A stretch of 64,000 bases of DNA from Candidatus Latescibacterota bacterium (GTDB lineage: Bacteria > Latescibacterota > UBA2968 > GCA-2709665), in NCBI GenBank assembly GCA_965203805.1, contig OZ241917.1, forward strand, positions 1,440,001-1,504,000. The letters run 5' to 3'. How positions within the stretch are numbered: position 1 is the stretch's first letter; every line of letters begins with the position of its first letter. Made by a program: the position numbers and the translations under genes. This document shows, piece after piece, positions 50,586 through 60,414 of the stretch. Under the pieces are notes generated by a model. That model made no database searches. It was not told the DNA's origin and saw only the letters and a list, made by a program, of their open reading frames with translations.

Positions 50586-50825
50586 TCAGCCGCATGCAAG
50601 TACGTCGCTGAGTATCACCGCCGCCGTGGATATGACGCCATGCCACAGCCTGCGTCCCAATTCTATATTCGCTTTGGACAAATCGCCGATCACGCCGTTG
50701 TCCGAATATTTCGTGAAGTCAAGTCTCGGATCATACCCATGGACTTCTCGGGAATTGTTCTGATCGAACGCATTGTCCTCGTAGCCCACCAAAACGGGAA
50801 CATACCGCAGGTCCGGAATCAACAT
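50586..50825 (-). pseudogene. C-terminal fragment of a creatininase (MftE-like) family protein
   Basis: ML.PDL...YSDNGVIGD.SKA..E.G.RL resembles the creatininase C-terminus; the N-terminal metal-binding part is absent. Confidence 0.55.
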
Positions 50826-50883
50826 GCCGCGAGATTCCGAACACTTGACACATCGATTGACGGATTGCCCCACCGGTGATCTT

Positions 50884-51001
50884 ATCAAAGACCGTGCCAA
50901 GCGTACATGTTACGTTTTATCAGTCAGTTATGGTAAAAACGAAATCGCCGGAGTGCCTGGGAAGTGTCCGTTTATGATACATTAATGTCCGAAAACGCAC
51001 A
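50884..51001 (-). promoter_or_regulatory. sigma54-type promoter cassette, copy 3
   Basis: TTGGCACGGTCTTTGAT; IHF consensus tatcagtcagtta at 50918; boxes tgtccgtttatgataca (50965) and tgtccgaaaacgcaca (50986). Confidence 0.75.
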
Positions 51002-51255
51002 CTCGGAGGGGGCAGGAGGGCTTTAAGGTTGTGGTTTTTCCGTTACGCGTCAGTTTGCTATCGACGACTTCAGATGATGGGGTTCAACGAGGTTGATAGA
51101 ACGAATCGCGCCGTGTCAAGTGTCGCCAGGTTGCGACTTCAGATGTCACAGACGGAACGCGGTCTACCATGGCAAGGATTCAGCGCCTTAGCCGGAAGAT
51201 AAAGCATTTATCCTGCTCTTGCTTTTAATCCTGTAGTTCCTGGTCGGTTTTGTTT

Positions 51256-51285
51256 TTATCCTGACTATCCTGTCCATCCATGTAA
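51256..51285 (+). repeat. 30-bp intergenic repeat, copy 3
   Basis: ttatcctgactatcctgtccatccatgtaa. Confidence 0.7.
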
Positions 51286-51304
51286 GTTACGTTTTTTAAA
51301 TGGC

Positions 51305-52408
51305 CTACACCAGCCCGAGGTCCTGATAGATGGCGCTGTTGGTCTCCCGGTTGCGGACCTGGTGAGCGTCTTCTCCCGGTGTGCCGTTGAAGATGCATAC
51401 GACAACCAGGCCCGCATCGGGGTCCACGAAGGCGATCGACGACTGATAACCCGCATTGCCAAACGTACGAGGTGCGGCGTAGCGTCCGAAACCGTAGGGA
51501 ACCGAATCTTTGCCGTAAATGTTCGAGTTGACGTAGAAGCCCAGCCCCATGTCTACAACATGACCCAGGATTTCGTCCCTCAGGCCGGTTCGATGGCGGG
51601 CGGTAATCGCTTCAACGGTCTGGGGACGAAGCAGTTGCTTCCCATTGAACGTGCCTTTCCCAAGCAGCATCTCGTAGAAACGGCCCAACTCCCTCGCCGG
51701 TCCCCGTCCGCTGCCGCCGGGCACACATCGACCGATCGTTCGTTGCAAATCCACGCTGTAGTGTGACGGTTCGGGCACTCCACCGGCGGTATCGTACATC
51801 AGTCCAATCCGGTCCTTCTTTGCCTGGTACGTCGATGAATCCATCGAGAGGCTGCAGTTGGGCATATCGAGCGGTTCGAAAATTTCCTCGTGTACATACC
51901 TGCCGAATGCCCCGCCGCTCTTGCGCGAGACGACCTCGCCGAGCACAAACCAGGCATTCGCCACGTCATATCTCGCCTGCCGCCCCGGGAGCCAGTCGTC
52001 TCGCAGGGGTGCATCGCAGATGGCGGCGACGATTTCATCCCACGAAGATTCAAACCAGGCGACGTCCACGGGGCCGATTCCGCCGGTGTGTGTCAACAGG
52101 TGGCGAAACGTCAGACCCGATTTCCCGCCGGCCCCGAAGTCCGGCAGGTGGAGGCAGACGGGATCGTCGATTTCGATCCGTCCCCTCTCCCACATCTGAG
52201 CGACGGCAACCGCGGTGACACCCTTCGTCAACGACATCCATACGGTCATCGTATCGGTGGTCATCAACCTGGATGTCGTTGCCTTCCCGATGGCCGCGTC
52301 TGCAACGACATTTCCCTCCATAGACACGTAGAGCTGCGCACCCAAATGGAGGCCTTCCCTGACGCCTTCATGAAGAAGATCAACGGTCCGTGTCAGCGGT
52401 CCATTCAT
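51305..52408 (-). CDS. Serine hydrolase, beta-lactamase/esterase (EstB-like) family
   Basis: SLTK (SxxK), LLTHTGG, PG...RY. Confidence 0.87.
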   Translation of the reverse strand: MNGPLTRTVDLLHEGVREGLHLGAQLYVSMEGNVVADAAIGKATTSRLMTTDTMTVWMSLTKGVTAVAVAQMWERGRIEIDDPVCLHLPDFGAGGKSGLTFRHLLTHTGGIGPVDVAWFESSWDEIVAAICDAPLRDDWLPGRQARYDVANAWFVLGEVVSRKSGGAFGRYVHEEIFEPLDMPNCSLSMDSSTYQAKKDRIGLMYDTAGGVPEPSHYSVDLQRTIGRCVPGGSGRGPARELGRFYEMLLGKGTFNGKQLLRPQTVEAITARHRTGLRDEILGHVVDMGLGFYVNSNIYGKDSVPYGFGRYAAPRTFGNAGYQSSIAFVDPDAGLVVVCIFNGTPGEDAHQVRNRETNSAIYQDLGLV

Positions 52409-52591
52409 CGGCTATCCTGTTTTCCATCGCTTCGGATCCGGCCGGAAACGAACCCGTCGCGGCGCGACGAGGGCAGGACCTGCCTGCAGCGCCTGTCTGC
52501 GTGCGTGCCACACGCACAGGCAGGCAGGGCACTGCGCAGGCAGGTGCCATCGCTCCCAGGGAAAGAGGGGAGACGGGAGACGACCGGCCCC

Positions 52592-54514
52592 TTACGCCGA
52601 CGCATCCGGCGACGTGCGGTGCAGGTCCGGGTCTTCCACCGCCTCGTAGACCACCCCGCCCTCGACGTTGCGCGGCATCGGCGCGCCGGTGAGGTAACAG
52701 ATCGTGGGCGCCACGTCGATGACGCGCACCTGGCGCTCGAGCGGTCCCGCCGACCGGACGCCCGCGCCGGCGGCGATGAAGGTCGAGTGCTGGCCGGCCA
52801 TACCGAAGGCCACCGAGGGCAACTGCTTGCCATGGGCGCCGTCGAACTCCGGGCGCAGCGCATACACCACGTCGCCCACACGGTCCGACCACAGGTTCAC
52901 CATCTCCGCATCCTCCCGGGTAAGGGCGAGGGCGAAGGTCCGCCGCCCCGTCTCCGGATCCTCGTAATCGTACAGCGCCTGGATGATATCCTTGCAGACC
53001 GCGTCGTAGTCCGCGGGATCGACGATGCCGCCAGGCTCCCTCCCCTTCAGGTTCACGAAGACGTGCACGAGACCCACGTCCGCCGCCCGGGTGCGCGTCC
53101 AGTCGATGCGCCGGTCGGGGCCGTCGCCCACGTACTTCAGGAAACCGGCCTGCTCCAGCACCGAGGCGACGTTGACGACGGTGTGCTGCTGCGAGGTGCC
53201 GCCGTGGTCGGAGACCACGAAGAAAGCCGTATCGTCCCCGGCCAGCCGGCGCAGACGGCCGATCCAGCGGTCGATGGAGGCGTAGGTGCGCTCCACCCCC
53301 TCGCGGCAGCGCCGCTGCACCTCCGGCGGAGCCCCGGAGTGAGGATCGGCAGCGCGCAGGAAGAAGTGGCTCGTATAGTCCGAGGCGTGCGTCTCCGTCA
53401 TCAGCAGGTCCCAGTCCCTCGAGCCGACGAGGTATTCGGCCACGTCGGCCAGGCGCTGGTGGTGGAACTCGAGCAGTTCGAAATACGTGTTGTCGTCGAT
53501 CAGGCCCAGGGCGTCGCGGCCCGGGTTCTGCAGGAAGTTGCCCACGCGCCGGTCTATTTCGCCGGCTACGGAGGCGGGCTTCGTGTACCCGTCGGGCGGC
53601 CAGATCTGGGGAATGAACAGCTCGAAGGCATCGGCATCGGGCGTCAGCGTTATCAGCTTCGCCCGCACGTACCCACTCACCTTCCCGCCGTCGATCTCGA
53701 ACGGGTCCAGCCACCAGTCGCTCCACTCCCCCACCCCCAGGTCTGCGATCGGCCGGGCGGCGTCCTTCGACCGGCACAGGCGCGCCCGGTCGTAGCCGTT
53801 GGCGCCGCTGGCGTAGATCAGGGCGTGCAGCGTTACCGGAACGCCGTCACTCCCCCGGTTCATCCCCTCGCGGCCCCTCGCCAGAGGCTGGATGGTGAGC
53901 ACGGTCTCTTTCGCCGGCAGCCCAGAATCGGGCGTTCCGGTCCAGCCCCGGGCATCAACCAGATTCACGGGATCGAACTCGCGCACCCCCTGCAGGGCGC
54001 TCGGGTCCAGGGTCTCAGGATCGCGCTGGGCCTCGAGCCGCCTCGGCGCCCACTTGCCGCCCACGAAGAGGTGATAGCCCGCCACCTGGTGGTGGTTGGA
54101 AACGCCGGGGCCCGTGCCTTCCACCTGGATACCCGAACGCACCGTCGGCGGCCACGACATCTCCCACTTCACCAGGAGCGGCGTCTTCCCGCCGCGCTCA
54201 AAGGCGTTCCAGATGTACTCCGATCGCGACAGGGAGGTATCGATGCCCCAGAGGGTGCGGTCCAGCGGCTGGCCCACGTGGCGGATGTTGAAATCCAGGA
54301 TCCCGTGGGTGCCGGGCCACGAGCCGGTGGACAGGGCCGTCCAGCCCGGCGGCGTGAGCGTCGGGAAGACGCCCACCATGGGCCGCCACACACCCGCCTC
54401 CATCAGCGCGCGCACGTTGGGCATGTGGCCGGCGTCGGCCATGTTCTTCACCAGTTCCATGCTGGCGCCGTCCATTCCGGCGACGATGGCGCGTCTCGCG
54501 GGTGCCGTACTCAT
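52592..54514 (-). CDS. Alkaline phosphatase superfamily (type I phosphodiesterase/nucleotide pyrophosphatase)
   Basis: GMDGA, TPPGW...TG..P..HGI.DF, SDHG, DVAPTI. Confidence 0.88.
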   Translation of the reverse strand: MSTAPARRAIVAGMDGASMELVKNMADAGHMPNVRALMEAGVWRPMVGVFPTLTPPGWTALSTGSWPGTHGILDFNIRHVGQPLDRTLWGIDTSLSRSEYIWNAFERGGKTPLLVKWEMSWPPTVRSGIQVEGTGPGVSNHHQVAGYHLFVGGKWAPRRLEAQRDPETLDPSALQGVREFDPVNLVDARGWTGTPDSGLPAKETVLTIQPLARGREGMNRGSDGVPVTLHALIYASGANGYDRARLCRSKDAARPIADLGVGEWSDWWLDPFEIDGGKVSGYVRAKLITLTPDADAFELFIPQIWPPDGYTKPASVAGEIDRRVGNFLQNPGRDALGLIDDNTYFELLEFHHQRLADVAEYLVGSRDWDLLMTETHASDYTSHFFLRAADPHSGAPPEVQRRCREGVERTYASIDRWIGRLRRLAGDDTAFFVVSDHGGTSQQHTVVNVASVLEQAGFLKYVGDGPDRRIDWTRTRAADVGLVHVFVNLKGREPGGIVDPADYDAVCKDIIQALYDYEDPETGRRTFALALTREDAEMVNLWSDRVGDVVYALRPEFDGAHGKQLPSVAFGMAGQHSTFIAAGAGVRSAGPLERQVRVIDVAPTICYLTGAPMPRNVEGGVVYEAVEDPDLHRTSPDASA

Positions 54515-54569
54515 GGGATCTCTCCTGATGTATGAGTGAAAGAGCGAGCGGCGGAGCGGTTGGAACTCC

Positions 54570-55640
54570 CTATGGAAGACGAGGGATGACCTCTTTCGCC
54601 ATCAGCTCCATCGAACGCTTCATTATTGGCTTGTCATCCCAGTCGTGGCCGATCATCAGCACTGTGCCGAAACCGCCGGTAACGTCGTACAGTTCCTGCA
54701 GGCGCCGGGTCACCGTGTCGGGACTGCCGACGATGGCAATCTCGTCCATGATGTACGAGCGGCTGACGTCCGCATCGGACATTACCGGGTTCATCTTGGG
54801 AAGGTCGAGCATGCTGGCTGCTTGGAGCATACCGCGGAGGTAAACCAACGAATCGGCGAATGCGCCGTTGAAAGCGTGCTCGCGAGCCTGGGCATCGGTC
54901 TCGCCCACGAAGATGCTGCGTGAAATCCGCCAGTCGCTCCGTTCCGGTTTGCGCCGCCCCGCTTCCGCGGCCCCGTCACAGATCATCTCCCAATGCCGTT
55001 TGACCTTGTGCGGCGGCGCCATATTGATGCTGATCGGCAGGAACCCGCGCCTGCCGGCTGTGGTGGCCGCCATCGATTCTTCCTTCACAATGCTCATGGC
55101 GATGGGCGGATGGGGCTTCTGATACGGTTTCAATACCTCGCCCAACCCGAGTTCCGGGACCTTCTCCGCCATGGCGACGTTCCAGAAGTCCCCGTCGAAC
55201 TCGAACGGGCCGTCCTCGGTCCAGAGTTTCAGGACGATATCCATCGCCTCGAGATTCATCAACCCCTGGGTGCGCGGGTCCGGTAAATCGAACAGCGGCC
55301 AGTCGGTCGGTACGCCCCCCTGTCCGAAGCCAACGTTGATGCGCCCCCGGGACAGGTGATCGAGGTAAGCGAGGCGGACCGCCACGTTCGCCGGATGATG
55401 CTGCGTCATGATCGTGACGCCCGTGCCCAGGCGGATCCTCTCCGTCTGCGGCAGGACGTGAGCGATGAAGACGTCGTTGGCGGGAATCGGTTCCCACATC
55501 GCGGTATGGTGCTGGCCGATCCAGGCCTCGGCGAATCCGAGTTCCTCGGCCCACAGCACGCACTCGATATCTTCTTCGAACGTCTGCGTGCGGTCCTTCT
55601 GCGGCGGATGCAGCGGCATCATGAATGTCCCGAGTTTCAT
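54570..55640 (-). CDS. LLM-class flavin-dependent monooxygenase
   Basis: F.MPLHP, GF.EAWIG.HH, IRLGTGV, LDHLS.GR, PYQKPHPP, VGSP.TV. Confidence 0.9.
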   Translation of the reverse strand: MKLGTFMMPLHPPQKDRTQTFEEDIECVLWAEELGFAEAWIGQHHTAMWEPIPANDVFIAHVLPQTERIRLGTGVTIMTQHHPANVAVRLAYLDHLSRGRINVGFGQGGVPTDWPLFDLPDPRTQGLMNLEAMDIVLKLWTEDGPFEFDGDFWNVAMAEKVPELGLGEVLKPYQKPHPPIAMSIVKEESMAATTAGRRGFLPISINMAPPHKVKRHWEMICDGAAEAGRRKPERSDWRISRSIFVGETDAQAREHAFNGAFADSLVYLRGMLQAASMLDLPKMNPVMSDADVSRSYIMDEIAIVGSPDTVTRRLQELYDVTGGFGTVLMIGHDWDDKPIMKRSMELMAKEVIPRLP

Positions 55641-55846
55641 TTTCGGTTCTCCCGAACAGTTTGAATCAACCTCAATTGGAAAATGGAAAACCGCTGAATT
55701 GGCCACAAAAAACGCAAAAGACACAAAAGGTACCGGTGCGAAACAGCATGTGTCATAACGCCGTGACCCTGCAGGGTCTCTCTTGTCATCCAGATAGACG
55801 TCCTGTTACAGGATAGCTGTTTTTGTGCCATTCACTGTTACCCGGC

Positions 55847-56740
55847 TTACCGTTTGTCCACTTCGCCCGTGTCATCTCCCGGTCTTCTGAGACTCTCGAA
55901 AACCGCGGCGGACAGGATGATCAGGCCGCCGATGATTTCCCTGTCTGACGGGATGGCGGCCAGCAGAATGATCGCGATGATCACGCCGTAGACGGTTTCC
56001 AGCGCGAGCGTGACGCCGACAACTTTACCGGAAAGGTGCCGCTGGCTGTTGACGAACAGAATCCTTGCGAATCCCGTCAGCACGACCCCAAGCGCCACCA
56101 CGAGCAGGAGATCCCTTGTTCCCGGTATTTCGAACAGGGTTTCGTTGTAGATCATGAATGGGAGGAGGAGCAGGCCCGCGATTCCCATTTCATAGGCTGA
56201 AATATCCCAGCTATTGTACCTGTCGATGATCCGTTTCTTGCGCATCAGGATGAAAAGCGGGAGCATCGCGCCGGAGGCCACGCCGTACAGGACCCCCTGA
56301 AAATTCGCATCGGACGGATCGAATCCGGGCGCCAGACAGTAGACCCCGATCAACACCGCAACCGCACTGGCGAAGTCAACAGCCCGCAGTCTGACGTTGA
56401 AGAACATACTTTCGAGAAACACCATCAGTACCGGGTAGGTGTACGTCGTCACCAGGCCGATTGCAACCGTCGAGACTTTGATCGACTGGAAGAAGAGCAC
56501 CCAGTGGACGGAAAGCAGGACGGCGATCGCCCCAAACGTCGCGAGGTCGTTCCAACTCTTGATGGGGCTGCGGCTCTTCAGACGCCTGGCGATGACGAAA
56601 ATGACGATCGCCGCCAGAGACGTCCGCCAGAATACGATCTCGTATGGACCGAGCTCGACCGCTTTTCCAAGCGGGCCGATGAATCCGTACAGGAGCGTCG
56701 CAACGTGCACCTCAATCAGCGCACGCGACCTATGGGTCAT
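55847..56740 (-). CDS. DMT/EamA family transporter
   Basis: About ten hydrophobic segments, HW..FF.SI, LE..F, LE.VYG. Confidence 0.87.
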   Translation of the reverse strand: MTHRSRALIEVHVATLLYGFIGPLGKAVELGPYEIVFWRTSLAAIVIFVIARRLKSRSPIKSWNDLATFGAIAVLLSVHWVLFFQSIKVSTVAIGLVTTYTYPVLMVFLESMFFNVRLRAVDFASAVAVLIGVYCLAPGFDPSDANFQGVLYGVASGAMLPLFILMRKKRIIDRYNSWDISAYEMGIAGLLLLPFMIYNETLFEIPGTRDLLLVVALGVVLTGFARILFVNSQRHLSGKVVGVTLALETVYGVIIAIILLAAIPSDREIIGGLIILSAAVFESLRRPGDDTGEVDKR

Positions 56741-56833
56741 CCGTCGGCCCTGCCTCGACGATGATTCCCTGGAAATACCGGTCATCAAATGCTCCGAAGA
56801 CAACCGGGCGGTCGTGTCCTTGCATATCGTCGT

Positions 56834-57291
56834 TCAGGCGGGACTCCCCTTCTTCAACGTGAACCTGACCTCATCGTAGCCGTCCTTCAACTCAACGTTC
56901 CCCCTTTTCCAGCCGAGATGCTCATAGAAGCCCTCGGCGCGGGTGTTCGTTTCGGTTTCCAACCAGATCTCGCGAGCTCCATTTTCCCACAGCCATTCAA
57001 CCGCGGCGTCCATCAGTCTCCGGCCGATCCCGCGGCCTTCGTATGACGGACGAACGAATAGCGCCCAGATCGACCCGGAAGCGGCATTCGCGATACAAAA
57101 ACCGACAGTCCGGTCGACCGCCTCCGCGACCCAGCACCTGGCGTCGGTCCGCATCAAGGTGGCGGCGCGCTCAGGCGTGATCCCGGACGCCTCCAGTTCA
57201 GCAGCCGTCATCGCGTTTTCCGTCGTCGCCGTGCGAATCTCAAAGGTAGCGGGAATATCGCCTGGATCGGCCTCGCGGATGATAATCGCAT
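56834..57291 (-). CDS. GNAT acetyltransferase; ATG is 1 nt out of frame with the conserved N-terminus (possible pseudogene)
   Basis: The frame is open upstream of the track start as IIIREADPGDIP..F.IR....EN; WALFV.P.YEGRGIG, RAE.FY...GW. Confidence 0.72.
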
Positions 57292-57552
57292 TCGTGGTCC
57301 TGTCGATGTTCCTGTTTGGAATACCCCTTTGCCTCCATTAGACTCCTTCCACACAGGCCTTCACGACACCAACACTTCCTCCCCATAATCCTGCAGCATA
57401 CTGGCATTCAGTTCGCCCGGTTTCCATTCTTCCTGCCTGCCGATCTCTTCAGCATGGCTTCCCTGCAATACCAGCGAAATCCTTGACTTCGATGAGGTTT
57501 TTGTTGTACCTTTAACTGTCACGTTTGGATCAGTCCGACAAGGAGAACCACG

Positions 57553-57777
57553 ATGTCAGATCCGTCTGTTCTGAATGAGTTGGAAAAAAACACCAGTCGT
57601 CTGACGCTCGATGAGCAGCTGCAGCTTATTGAGAGGGTGAGTCACCGGATACGAGCTGACGTCGTGGCGAAAACTGATTTAGATGCTGAACTAAGTAAGA
57701 TGGCGGCTGATCCTGAGATTCAAAAGGAACTTCGGGAAATCGAGTTTGAATTCTCGGCAAGAAACTGGACGGCCTGA
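57553..57777 (+). CDS. Small hypothetical, antitoxin-like protein
   Basis: AAGGAG RBS; L..DEQL.LIE, MAADPEIQ.EL..I..EF. Confidence 0.6.
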   Translation: MSDPSVLNELEKNTSRLTLDEQLQLIERVSHRIRADVVAKTDLDAELSKMAADPEIQKELREIEFEFSARNWTA

Positions 57778-57848
57778 ATGTCATACGGCCATTTAACGTG
57801 AACGGTTCGCCTCTTTTCTGCACGTCTTCCTTCCCGCTGATCCCCCAT

Positions 57849-58508
57849 TCAGCTGTATATCCCGATCGTCAGTCTCCGCAACTTCGCCGAGGCTTCCCCT
57901 TCCGCTAGCAGGGCCGTCCGGACTATGGGGGTCAATACCTGGTCTGCCGGAAAACCGTCAGGACCGCATGAAACGTAGGAATACCCCAGGTGCGCCTGGG
58001 CGGTCCCTGTTTCGCTGTTTGCGATAACCGCCAGGTCCACGTCCTCGATCACCGTCCCGTCGCCGGAAATCTGCCCGTCGCCGCCTTCGGCGAAGAGGAC
58101 CCTCTCACCATCCGAGTTTCCGTCCCGCAGCAGAAGCCGCACGCGGCCCTCCTCCGCCACGCCGGCATCGCCCGGAACCGCGTCCAGTTGAATTCCCTCG
58201 GCGCCGTCTGTCGCGGATATGAGGCCCAGGCTGAACTCCGCCGCTCCCTTTACGGTCACCCCAACCGCTTCTAACTCCAGCACCTTCACCACGGACGTGC
58301 TCAGCGGGGCTCCCCGAAGGGTCACGCCGTCGCCGGCCCTTCCCCTGGCGACCATCGCATAGTGGCTCCCGTAGAGGTCCGTGTAATCGGCCGTGGACGC
58401 CGTGGACGATCCGGTTAGCGTTTCATTCAGCCAGCCGGGGAGGCCGTGGGTGAAGTTGACCTCCTCGACCTCCACGTGATACGTCGTTCGCAGCAATCGT
58501 CGGTTCAT
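57849..58508 (-). CDS. Hypothetical beta-rich protein
   Basis: 219-aa ORF with GGAGAG RBS and host codon bias; no family recognised. Confidence 0.6.
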   Translation of the reverse strand: MNRRLLRTTYHVEVEEVNFTHGLPGWLNETLTGSSTASTADYTDLYGSHYAMVARGRAGDGVTLRGAPLSTSVVKVLELEAVGVTVKGAAEFSLGLISATDGAEGIQLDAVPGDAGVAEEGRVRLLLRDGNSDGERVLFAEGGDGQISGDGTVIEDVDLAVIANSETGTAQAHLGYSYVSCGPDGFPADQVLTPIVRTALLAEGEASAKLRRLTIGIYS

Positions 58509-58563
58509 GGTTTCTCTCCCGCCAAGCTATTGTCCTGATTCGTAATGCCCTGTTTTCAGATAC

Positions 58564-59475
58564 CTACTTCCACTCGATGACCGCCGCGTTGATCCCGCCA
58601 CACAAGAGATAGAGCTTGTCCTCGTGAAACACCGGAAACGGCCAGTGTCCGGAATCCAGGATGCACCCCATATCCTCGTAGGGTCCCGTCACGTCGAAGC
58701 CCTCGGAAAGCGCGCCGGAGAGCCCTCGATCATCGTTGAAGAGCATCAGCCAGCGGCCCCATAACCGGACGAGGATCGACGCGAACGGCCCCCGGCTGCC
58801 CGGCATATTCCCCAAAAGCGGTTTCTTCGACAGCCGCCAGTGGATCCCGTCGTCGCTCAACGCCAGGCCGGCCACGGTCGTCACGCCGTCCGCCTGCGCG
58901 TTCCACCCGAGCCCGTTCCCCTGGAACGTCCCGATGAACATGGGACCGTCCTTCACCACCCGGACGTAGCTCACGCTTTGACCGTACCAGTGGTTCTTGC
59001 GGTTAGGATGCGTCGTCATGATCGGGAACACCTTCTGCTCGAAATGCACGCCGTCGCTCGACGTTGCCAGCGCCGTCGGCTGCCTGCCGATCCGGTGCAC
59101 GCCATGGAAGTACATGTAGACCTCGCCGTTATGCATGGCGGCCGACGGAGATGAAATGTGCTTCGTGAACGACGTCGCCGAGAGTTCGAGTACGGCCGTC
59201 CGCCACGTCCAGGGTCCGAGCGGATGTCCGGCCGTCGCCAGCCAGATTTCGGAGCCGTCGTGCGTCGCAACGTAGGCATAGTAAGCGTCGATCGGGTTCG
59301 GAAGTACGTCCGCCGTCGGTAGCACCGAGATGTACGTCGCGTCCTGCCCCGCGAACTCCTGATCGTCTGTCGCCGTCAGGACCGGATTCCCCTCGTAATG
59401 CACCGCCTTCGGAAGGTGGAACGACATCTGTCCCGCCGCGGCCGCCGCCGTGAACTGTGATGGAAAGGTCTTCAT
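58564..59475 (-). CDS. Five-bladed beta-propeller glycosidase-like protein (GH43/32/130 clan-like)
   Basis: YEGNPVL, YY.Y, LATA..P.GPW, SSP, MYFHG, S.DG..F/W repeats. Confidence 0.72.
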   Translation of the reverse strand: MKTFPSQFTAAAAAGQMSFHLPKAVHYEGNPVLTATDDQEFAGQDATYISVLPTADVLPNPIDAYYAYVATHDGSEIWLATAGHPLGPWTWRTAVLELSATSFTKHISSPSAAMHNGEVYMYFHGVHRIGRQPTALATSSDGVHFEQKVFPIMTTHPNRKNHWYGQSVSYVRVVKDGPMFIGTFQGNGLGWNAQADGVTTVAGLALSDDGIHWRLSKKPLLGNMPGSRGPFASILVRLWGRWLMLFNDDRGLSGALSEGFDVTGPYEDMGCILDSGHWPFPVFHEDKLYLLCGGINAAVIEWK

Positions 59476-59507
59476 AGGATCTCCCTTACTGTATACGTTG
59501 TATACGT

Positions 59508-60161
59508 CTACCTGCCGGCGATGGCATCCGATCGAAGGGCGTCGACCAGATCGTGAAATGTATCGTAGATCTCACAGTCCGCACCGGCGAATCGTGATCC
59601 GTCCTGGTGACCCTGCAAAACGACAAGCGGACGGCATCCCACGGCGCAGGCGACCGCCACGTCGTGGTCCGTGTCGCCTATAAAGAGCGTCGCGGACGGA
59701 TCGAGATCGAAATCCTCAATCAGGTCGCGACATCTCCGGGCTTTCGACGCAGCCAATCGATCGGAAAGCCCGTACACGCCTTTGAATCGACCGTGAATCC
59801 CGTGCATGCGCACCCACGCAACGACCATTTCCTCCTGGGCAGCCGACAACACGAACTGATCGATGCCATGTTTCTCCAGGTACACCAACGCCTCCTCGAT
59901 TCCCGGATTCAGTGAACACGATCCGACACCGGATTGGTACACGCTGTGGAATTCATCAGAAATGTCGGCTTGCTTTTCTCTGTCCTAATCGAATCCGAGG
60001 CTGCGATAGTATTCAGATACGGGAAACCGGAAAATCCGTCTGTGCGCCGCTTTGTCAATTGCCGGCAGATTCCTCCTGCGCAACACTTGGCTTATCGAGT
60101 CGGCCGCCAGTTCCACGTCGTCCAGAATGGTTCCGTTAAAGTCCCAAATGACTGATTTCAT
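59508..60161 (-). pseudogene. HAD hydrolase (phosphoglycolate-phosphatase-like) with an in-frame TAG at 59985-59987
   Basis: IWDFNGT motif I and LSA / K / IGDT.HD lie in one frame split by a single stop: GFD*DREKQ. Confidence 0.8.
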
Positions 60162-60414
60162 GTCACTTTCGCAAACTCTCGCGCCCCGGAAAAACACATT
60201 TGCTCATTGAACATAATCCCCGCCAGCCAACCGCTCCAACGGGGATTTGTAAACCAAGCAGAAAACTTCGCAATTAGCCGACTGTAGAATTCGGTACCGG
60301 CTATTCGTCTTCATTCTTTAGCCCGGGCTCCCTGTGCCCTGCGCTGCAGCAGGCCGCTTCAACCTTTCTGACCGCTGTGTACGGGCAGTTTAATCGGAGC
60401 TTGTCGAAGGGGGG

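Noticed and set aside
51065-51145. 12-bp direct repeat cgacttcagatg, 69 bp apart
   Set aside because: Only two copies with no associated element; could be chance.
51890-54535. 881-aa plus-strand ORF
   Set aside because: Antisense shadow of the very GC-rich phosphodiesterase and serine hydrolase genes; Arg/Gly/His-rich with no motifs.
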